Shown: piece by piece, positions 19,142-25,656 of the stretch
Position numbering within the stretch: the stretch's first letter is position 1
How the letters are laid out: the number at the start of each line of letters is the position of its first letter
Source: Candidatus Zixiibacteriota bacterium
GTDB lineage: Bacteria > Zixibacteria > MSB-5A5 > WJJR01
Assembly (NCBI GenBank): GCA_036170655.1
Contig: JAVHPP010000173.1
Coordinates: 1-25,656, forward strand
Direction of reading: 5' to 3'
Length of the DNA stretch: 25,656 nucleotides
Notes under the pieces: generated by a model
Databases searched by the model: none
Told to the model about the DNA's origin: nothing
What the model saw: the letters and a program-made list of their open reading frames with translations, nothing else
Program-made: the position numbers and the translations under genes

Positions 19142-19281
19142 GGGTACATTCCTTTCGCTGACCAAACTGCATGCCCAAACCAGCACAGGATCGTCGCCTC
19201 TGACGATCCGCCACCTCTGCCAGAGGCAGATAGGGCGATTGCCCGGTGGCGTCAAGGGGAATTACGGTTCACCGTGAACGG

Positions 19282-20331
19282 TCAGTGATCGAGTTCATCG
19301 AGATGGATGTCGTCGAGATCTTCGATGGGTTCCCACTCGAGAATCTTGAGGACCGACTCCAAGGGATCGCGTCGCTGGGAACGGATGTTGCGGACAAGAC
19401 CCTCGTGACGGGCACGCCGGAGAGCGGAATGGTTAAACTCCTGCTGGAACTCCTCTTCTGTCAGGCACAGCCATCGATCCACGGGTGGACAGGTGGCGTC
19501 CGCCCGGGGGACAAATGCCGGTTCCCGGGTTGTTTTTTCGAATCGATTCCAAGGACAGACCTCCTGGCAGATATCACACCCGAAGATCCACCCGTCAAAA
19601 TCTTCGCCAACACCCTTGGGAAAATCGCCACGGTGCTCGATCGTCCAGTACGATATGCACTTTTGCGAGTTCACTACGTACGGTTCGGAAATCGCGTCAG
19701 TCGGGCAGGCCTCGATGCAGCGGGTACAACTGCCGCAAAAATCTGTGTGAGGCGTATCGGACGGCAGATCCAGCGTGGTGATGATCTCGCCTAAGAACAC
19801 CCACGAGCCCAACTGGCGGGTCAGCAGGTTGGCGTTTTTCCCAATCCATCCGATGCCGGCACGCTGAGCCCAGGGCTTCTCCATGATCGGGCCGACATCC
19901 ACACTGGCCACGGTTTCTGCCTGCGGGACCAGCTGATGAATCAGATCCTGCAGCACTTTCAGCTTCTGACCCAGAACTCGATGGTAATCTTCGCCCCACG
20001 CGTACCGGGAGATCTTGAGCGCACCACAGTCATCGCAGTGTTCGCCATCCGTGTGATAGTTGATCGCAACGGAAATCACGGTGCGGGCGCCGGGCAGAAC
20101 ACGTGTCACATCGCTGCGCTGCTGGGGATCACGCGCCATCCAGGACATGGATGCCTGATAGCCACGGGTCAGCCATGCGAAGAGACGTTCACGATCATCA
20201 CCGTTTTCGCCAACCGGCGCAAAGCCCACCGCGTCCAAACCGAGTTCCTTGGCCGAGGCGATGATGCGCTGACGCACCTCCGCCAGAGCGGGAGTCTTCG
20301 ACTGTTCGGGGGTAACACGTGTGTCGCTCAT
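19282..20331 (-). CDS. queG: tRNA epoxyqueuosine(34) reductase
   Basis: ISRYAWGEDYH, VD.GPIMEKPWAQRAGIGWIGKN, CGSCTRCIEACPT, CISYWTIE, FGCDICQEVCPWN. Confidence 0.96.
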   Translation of the reverse strand: MSDTRVTPEQSKTPALAEVRQRIIASAKELGLDAVGFAPVGENGDDRERLFAWLTRGYQASMSWMARDPQQRSDVTRVLPGARTVISVAINYHTDGEHCDDCGALKISRYAWGEDYHRVLGQKLKVLQDLIHQLVPQAETVASVDVGPIMEKPWAQRAGIGWIGKNANLLTRQLGSWVFLGEIITTLDLPSDTPHTDFCGSCTRCIEACPTDAISEPYVVNSQKCISYWTIEHRGDFPKGVGEDFDGWIFGCDICQEVCPWNRFEKTTREPAFVPRADATCPPVDRWLCLTEEEFQQEFNHSALRRARHEGLVRNIRSQRRDPLESVLKILEWEPIEDLDDIHLDELDH

Positions 20332-20388
20332 GATCTATCCAGAATTTGATACGTTTCAAACCACCAAGATGGAACATCAATCCCCTGA

Positions 20389-20940
20389 TCAGCCGGTCGG
20401 CTTTACCGGTTCACCGGGTTGCCCAGCTCCCTGGAAAATGTGACAGGTGCCACGGAGACGATCTTTGGAGAGTTCATAGCGGGCATCTTCCGGCATGGCA
20501 TTGAAGTCACGACTCATCAGCCCATAACCGCTGTCATAGCCGATAATGGCCGTGGCGATGAAGTTGACGGTTTCGATCGCGAGTTCACGCAGGTGCACGC
20601 ACCCCTGGCCCCCGCCGATCCGTCCCGAGATTTCTTTCACGATCCCCCGGCCAATGACCAAGCCAGCCAGTTCGCCCGCCTTCACGGTGACCAGAGGACA
20701 GAGCGAATGCGGGTGGTTGGCCATTTCCGCATGGGCAGCGAGGATCTCTTTCGTCTTGGGGTCCACCGTCAGATCGAGACGAATCAGATGATAGGGGTCG
20801 AGAAAGGTTGAGTAAACCGCCATCAGGCCATCGGTCATTTCAAAAATCTCAATTGATATGTCTCGCTTGGAGATGAAACGTCCACGGGTCATGGGAGCAG
20901 AGACCGGGTGTCGCTCGTTTCCAGAAGCCAGATTACTCAT
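20389..20940 (-). CDS. DUF2889-like protein
   Basis: H.IRLDLTVD, PHSLCP, L.GLVIGRG, GG.QGCVHLREL and GTCH pattern recalled for DUF2889. Confidence 0.7.
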   Translation of the reverse strand: MSNLASGNERHPVSAPMTRGRFISKRDISIEIFEMTDGLMAVYSTFLDPYHLIRLDLTVDPKTKEILAAHAEMANHPHSLCPLVTVKAGELAGLVIGRGIVKEISGRIGGGQGCVHLRELAIETVNFIATAIIGYDSGYGLMSRDFNAMPEDARYELSKDRLRGTCHIFQGAGQPGEPVKPTG

Positions 20941-21099
20941 AAGACCTCTCTGGTCGTCGCTTGATGGCGGGTCGCCATAACCGCATAACCAAACCGGCTG
21001 CTGGCGACTTTGATGTATTACGTCTGGGGGGAGCCGGTTGTGGGCGTTGATTGAGGCACTTCCAAGACGCTCAAAATCAGTCGGTTACATAAGCACACA

Positions 21100-21128
21100 C
21101 CCCGTCCTGCACTCTGTGCGGGACGGGG
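21100..21128 (-). terminator. Hairpin downstream of the lipoprotein gene
   Basis: CCCCGTCCTGCAC-TCT-GTGCGGGACGGGG 13-bp stem with a weak U-tract. Confidence 0.5.
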
Positions 21129-21160
21129 CGTCATTCATGAAGCGTCTATCCGGTAAGAAC

Positions 21161-22327
21161 TTAGGGATTGGATGTGGAGTCCCTCAGGGGCGCACACATA
21201 CTCGCCCACTGGCCGCTGAAGAATCCTGGGGTCCACCCATGCGTGCCGAACTGCGGATGATCTTCGGGGTTGCGGTCGTGCCCACGGCCATGGTCGTTGT
21301 TGCCACGCCCAGGAGGTTCGATCATCGTGCTGTCGTTCTCTGGAACGCTTCCCCACCGGCCACGCAGTGTCCCGAGGGGCCGTCCTTCACGACCAGCCCA
21401 TATACCTTCAAACCAACCGGAGGTTGAATCGTTCGGGCTGAATCCCCATGCGCCACGAATCAAACCCCGGAAAGCACCCTGCGCACCGATGTACTTGCCA
21501 AAGAAGACTTTGTTCCCATCGGGGCGTGCGCCGAAATGACCCCGGAGATGACCCATCAAGAGGCCGTCATCAGACATCCATTTGCCGTAAAAATTCCCAT
21601 TCCGGTGTGACGGATTCAGAAGCCATCGCCCCTCCATTTGCCCACGGCCGCACGTATCGAGCTTGAGGTCCGTTGCGTTGAAGGCCACCTGATTGCCGAG
21701 TTCGTCAACATCGTCGATCTCGTCCAACTCGGAGAGCTCAGCCAGACTGAATACGCGTGAATAGGGCGTCGTCAGGAAGCTGACCTGGTTGTTCGACCAG
21801 TCCGAATCCGGCGGCGCGGGGGGAACAATGATGCTCACCAGGATGCCGTCGAAACTCCCCATCGTCTGTGACACCCACTCGAGAGTCTGCCGATTGGGAC
21901 GCGGCCGCACGAGGCGATCCTGTCCTTCTTCAAACCGGATGGTGCGGAGGACATGAATCACGCCATGGGTGATACCCAGTGAACCGGACCAGTCGGTCAT
22001 CTGGGTAATGCTCGAGTCTTGCATCAGCATGCCCCAGCGGATTCCGAGCACGTACGCTTTGGTTCCGGGCATGCTATCGAGAATCTCGGCGTCGCGAGAC
22101 GAGACAGCCGGGTCATCGGCCACCTGGTCCTCCCGCATCATCTCGGCCAGAGCGTCGTCGCCAAATGCCGGCGGTTCGTCCGTGGCAGTGTATCCGCCAT
22201 ATTCGGCCGTGAGATTCAAGTCGCCGGAGTTGTCGGACAGAGTCGGTGAGTTGTCCGAGCAACCCACGACAAGGATGGCAAACGGTATCACCAAGACCGC
22301 CGCCAGAAATTGGGGAATTCTTTTCAT
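21161..22327 (-). CDS. Uncharacterised lipoprotein with Gly/aromatic beta-strand repeats
   Basis: SD AGGAG before ATG 22327; MKRIPQFLAAVLVIPFAILVVG-C lipobox; C-terminal xxGx(W/F/Y) repeats. Confidence 0.82.
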   Translation of the reverse strand: MKRIPQFLAAVLVIPFAILVVGCSDNSPTLSDNSGDLNLTAEYGGYTATDEPPAFGDDALAEMMREDQVADDPAVSSRDAEILDSMPGTKAYVLGIRWGMLMQDSSITQMTDWSGSLGITHGVIHVLRTIRFEEGQDRLVRPRPNRQTLEWVSQTMGSFDGILVSIIVPPAPPDSDWSNNQVSFLTTPYSRVFSLAELSELDEIDDVDELGNQVAFNATDLKLDTCGRGQMEGRWLLNPSHRNGNFYGKWMSDDGLLMGHLRGHFGARPDGNKVFFGKYIGAQGAFRGLIRGAWGFSPNDSTSGWFEGIWAGREGRPLGTLRGRWGSVPENDSTMIEPPGRGNNDHGRGHDRNPEDHPQFGTHGWTPGFFSGQWASMCAPLRDSTSNP

Positions 22328-22395
22328 CTGATACTCCTTTCCTGTGATGTGTGCGTTGATTGCCTGCACTTGATTGTTACCACGGTCACACAATC

Positions 22396-22412
22396 GGCAA
22401 TTGGCTTGCCAA
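22396..22412 (-). promoter_or_regulatory. sigma54 (-24/-12) promoter of the lipoprotein gene
   Basis: Minus strand TTGGCAAGCCAATTGCC has exact GG-N10-GC spacing (TGGCA-N6-TTGC). It lies ~70 nt upstream of the ATG, next to a bEBP gene pair. Confidence 0.8.
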
Positions 22413-22673
22413 GAGAACCAAACACGTGACTTGATCTCATCAGGTACTGCAATCATCTGTCTACCAATAGGATGTGGCGACGACATCGATTGAGACAATC
22501 ACGCTAATTGCAAACCAGCATTTGCCGATTGAACCGAATGGTACAATTAGATTGATTGCTGACCCATCAGGGACAGTCCGGCGGCATTGTACGTCGTTAG
22601 TATTGTCCTCTGCATGAGGGCGGGTGAAAAAGGTGTGCACACGGAAACTCGAAGGAATGAGAACTCCCTTTTC

Positions 22674-22735
22674 GGGAGGGCGAAGCTCCTGCTGAGCCTC
22701 TTCTCGTCCATCGGGAAAAGAGGCTCGCCCTACCC
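22674..22735. repeat. REP-like inverted pair (degenerate copy)
   Basis: GGGAGGGCGAAGCTCCTGCTGAGCCTCTT plus the internally deleted inverse AAGAGGCTCGCCCTACCC; same family as 25591-25656. Confidence 0.7.
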
Positions 22736-22811
22736 CCTTGCAAGACGTGGGCTTGTTTGCCGAACCAGTGCTTTTTCGACAAGTCCATAAAGGGGCCTCA
22801 GAGAGGATCAG

Positions 22812-24146
22812 ATGCGGAGCAGACTGCTTTTAATCGGCATTGTCGGCGTTGTCTCGCTTGCTGTTCTGGTCGCGGTGAATGTCGCTTATCATCTAAAATT
22901 CAACGAATTGAACCGGTCGTTGGACAATCAGCTCGGCGATCAATTGTCCGGCTTGGCTGAGGCCTTGGCCGCGACCATTCCGGCGGAAACTGCGGGCCAG
23001 ATTCTCGGGGAATCATTCAGCCCGGAAGCGTATCTGCGAACCAGAGATCTAACTAAATCGTTTGCTGCATCGAATCATCTGGTCTCAGTTGCGTTGCTGG
23101 ATACCCTCTGGCAGGATCCGTTTGCGGACCGTCCGGATTCACTCAATCAACTGGTCTACTCGCTTTTGGATCGCGACGGGCGTTGGGCGCTGCTGTCCGG
23201 TCTGTCCTGGACATCGCCGACCTACCGCTGGGGCGATGCCTATTACCGCAGCGCGGCGGCGCCGATCACCGACACGACATCGGGACGCACGATGGCGATT
23301 GTGCGTCTGGAAGCCGACGCCAGTTACTTCGGAGCGCTCTCGCAGTTGCGCCGGCTGGCCTGGTGGGTACACCTGTCCTCGGCGGCGCTGACCGTTCTTC
23401 TGGTCGGATTGTTTGCCTGGTACACACGCCGTGCCCTACGCTGGGAATCGCAACTCCTGCATTCCGAGAAACTGATTGGCTTGGGCCGTCTGGCCGCGAC
23501 CATCGCCCATGAAATCAGGAATCCTCTGGGCATCATCAAGGCGACCGCGCAGCGGTTGGAACGTGTCAGTGACGAGAAGAAACGCGCGGAGTTGCTTCGA
23601 TTCATCCCCGAAGAAGCCGACCGGCTGAACCGCATTCTGGGCGGATACCTGCGATTGGGATCTCAGCAGAAATCACAACCTGTTGCTATCTCGATGGAGC
23701 AGAGTCTGTCGGCGTGGCTGGAGAAGTCATTCGGGCCAAGTGAGACAGGACATCGGCGCTGGACCATTGTGATTCAGCCAACAGGACCCATCATGGCCAA
23801 CCCGGACACGCCCCCGCAAGTCTTGCTTAATCTTATGAACAATGCGTTTGACGCGACTCCGGCGGGCGAGATCGTCGCCATCACTTGGGGACCGGGCGGT
23901 CAGAGGCGCGGACGGCTGACGGTCGCGGATCGGGGCCCGGGAATACCAAAGAAGATGCGCGCGCGCGTCTTCGAGCCATTCTTCACAACCAAGATCAAGG
24001 GAAGCGGGCTGGGATTGTACGCAGTGAAAACAATGGTGGAGCAAGATGGCGGGCAAATCTCCACCGCGGACAATCCGGGCGGAGGAACGGCCTTCCACGT
24101 GGAATGGCCGCTGGCGGGTGAAAGAAATAATCTGGGAATCAAGTGA
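22812..24146 (+). CDS. Membrane sensor histidine kinase (two TM segments, periplasmic sensor domain)
   Basis: H-box LAATIAHEIRNPLG, N-box QVLLNLMNNAFDA, DRGPGI, FEPFFTTK, GSGLGL. Confidence 0.95.
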   Translation: MRSRLLLIGIVGVVSLAVLVAVNVAYHLKFNELNRSLDNQLGDQLSGLAEALAATIPAETAGQILGESFSPEAYLRTRDLTKSFAASNHLVSVALLDTLWQDPFADRPDSLNQLVYSLLDRDGRWALLSGLSWTSPTYRWGDAYYRSAAAPITDTTSGRTMAIVRLEADASYFGALSQLRRLAWWVHLSSAALTVLLVGLFAWYTRRALRWESQLLHSEKLIGLGRLAATIAHEIRNPLGIIKATAQRLERVSDEKKRAELLRFIPEEADRLNRILGGYLRLGSQQKSQPVAISMEQSLSAWLEKSFGPSETGHRRWTIVIQPTGPIMANPDTPPQVLLNLMNNAFDATPAGEIVAITWGPGGQRRGRLTVADRGPGIPKKMRARVFEPFFTTKIKGSGLGLYAVKTMVEQDGGQISTADNPGGGTAFHVEWPLAGERNNLGIK

Positions 24147-24157
24147 GGTCCATCCCA

Positions 24158-25510
24158 ATGGCAAGAATCCTGATTGTTGATGATGAAGAACGGATCGGGT
24201 TCCTCTTGTCCGAGACGCTGAACGATCTCGGGCACCGGACTTCATATGTCACCGACGGCGCCAGCGCGCTGGAAAGGATCAAGGCCACGCCCTTTGATCT
24301 GGTGATCACCGACCTGCGCATGGAACCGGTCGATGGCATGGAGATCGTCAGGGCCGTGACGTCAATGGAAGGCACAGATATTGTCGTGCTGACGGCGCAT
24401 GGCTCGACCGCTGCGGCCGTCGCGGCGATGAAGGCGGGAGCGATCGATTTTCTGCAGAAGCCGCTGGACCTCGACGAGATGACCCTCTGGGTGGAACGCT
24501 GGATGAAGACGCGCCGGTTGGTGGCGCGCGCGGAGCAGTTGGATCAGGACTTGAAGGCATTGACCGGCGACGATTTCATCGGCGCTTCGGAGCCCGTGTC
24601 AGGCCTGCGTTCGCTGATCGAACGAGTGGCCAAGACCGATACAACGGTGCTGATCGCGGGAGAATCAGGGACGGGGAAAGAACTGGTGGCACAAGCCATT
24701 CACCACGCGTCGCCTCGTGCCGACCGTCCCTTCGTCGCCACGAACTGTGCGGCGCTGACGGAGACACTCCTCGAAAGTGAGTTATTCGGCCACGAGAAGG
24801 GCGCGTTCACAGGTGCAATCAAACAGCGGGCGGGGCGGTTTGAACTGGCCGAAGGCGGAACGATATTTCTCGACGAGATCGGCGAAATCTCCGGCGGGTT
24901 CCAGGCAAAGCTTCTCCGCGTGCTGGAACGTCATGAGATTGTCCGAGTGGGCGGGGCGGAGACAATCACGGTGGATGTGCGGGTCATTGCGGCCACCAAC
25001 AGGAACCTGCAAGAGGAAGTGACTCAGGGACGGTTCCGCGAGGATCTCTTCTTCAGGCTGAATATCTTCCCGATTGTTGTGCCGCCGTTGCGCGAACGGG
25101 TATCCGACGTCGGGCTGCTGGCCCAGCACTTTCTTTCGAAGCTGCGGTATCCAAACGCGTCGCTCTCCCCTGACGTGATTGCCGCGCTGGAATCATATCA
25201 CTGGCCGGGAAATATCCGTGAGCTAAAGAACATCCTCGAAAGGGCCACGATATTGGCCGACGGTACTGCCCTCCGTGTCGAACACCTTGGATTTCTCCCC
25301 ACCATTATTCTGCCCCAGAGCACACGGGGCGCCGCTCGCGCCCCGAGTGTGACGTCGGGTACAGTCGAGGGAATCGAAGACATGGAAAAGCGCATGGTCG
25401 TCGAGGCGCTGCAATCATGCGATGGCAACAAAAGTCGCGCTGCCAAGAAGCTGCGCATCACACGAAGAGTGCTGTACACGAAGTTGCGGAAGTACGGGCT
25501 GGAGGGGTAA
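24158..25510 (+). CDS. sigma54-dependent NtrC/ZraR-family response regulator
   Basis: ILIVDDE...TDLRM (REC), [43 protein letters not shown]-terminal Fis [13 protein letters not shown]. Confidence 0.96.
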   Translation: MARILIVDDEERIGFLLSETLNDLGHRTSYVTDGASALERIKATPFDLVITDLRMEPVDGMEIVRAVTSMEGTDIVVLTAHGSTAAAVAAMKAGAIDFLQKPLDLDEMTLWVERWMKTRRLVARAEQLDQDLKALTGDDFIGASEPVSGLRSLIERVAKTDTTVLIAGESGTGKELVAQAIHHASPRADRPFVATNCAALTETLLESELFGHEKGAFTGAIKQRAGRFELAEGGTIFLDEIGEISGGFQAKLLRVLERHEIVRVGGAETITVDVRVIAATNRNLQEEVTQGRFREDLFFRLNIFPIVVPPLRERVSDVGLLAQHFLSKLRYPNASLSPDVIAALESYHWPGNIRELKNILERATILADGTALRVEHLGFLPTIILPQSTRGAARAPSVTSGTVEGIEDMEKRMVVEALQSCDGNKSRAAKKLRITRRVLYTKLRKYGLEG

Positions 25511-25590
25511 GCCGCAGATTGTGCGGATCGCGATCAGAATGGCGTGATGAAAAACCCCCGATCCGCCAAGCGAGGCCGAGTTTTCGAAAG

Positions 25591-25656
25591 GGGAGGGCGA
25601 GGCTCCCGCCGAGCCTCTTTCTACTTTCGCACGAGAGGCTCGGCGGGAGCCTCGCC
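25591..25656. repeat. REP-like inverted pair (perfect 23-bp IR, truncated by the window end)
   Basis: GGCGAGGCTCCCGCCGAGCCTCT (25596-25618) and AGAGGCTCGGCGGGAGCCTCGCC (25634-25656). Confidence 0.85.

Noticed and set aside
19161..19177. sigma54-like TGGGCATGCAGTTTGGT upstream of the aldolase
   Set aside because: The -12 element is GG rather than GC; too weak to call.

Overview
GC-rich bacterial chromosomal window. The FCB-type SecA insertions and a T9SS/FlgD-like C-terminal sorting domain at the left edge suggest an FCB-affiliated lineage such as Zixibacteria (inference). It is mostly housekeeping. On the minus strand are a large Alu-type SRP RNA followed by dnaX-ybaB-recR-secA, tRNA-Ala(CGC), and a DUF2889-queG-class I aldolase-dxs-ispH run. 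On the plus strand are cobO, a REC-GAF-HD-GYP regulator, two GT-C-like membrane proteins around a tRNA Gly-Cys-Leu cluster, and a histidine kinase/sigma54 response regulator pair, which is divergent from a minus-strand lipoprotein carrying a canonical sigma54 promoter. The most unusual element is the 6565-7615 module. An apparently leaderless, Cys-rich upstream ORF carries a SecM-like RAGP motif, and its last codons are a perfect 8-nt anti-SD for the next gene. That gene encodes a twin-arginine-signal, Cx3C-periodic, 15-Cys miniprotein. Together they are a candidate metal-responsive leader-peptide/metal-binding system. Other oddities are a Cys4 insertion in the SecA VAR region, an unassigned ~140-nt rod-like RNA candidate, and two REP-like palindrome families.
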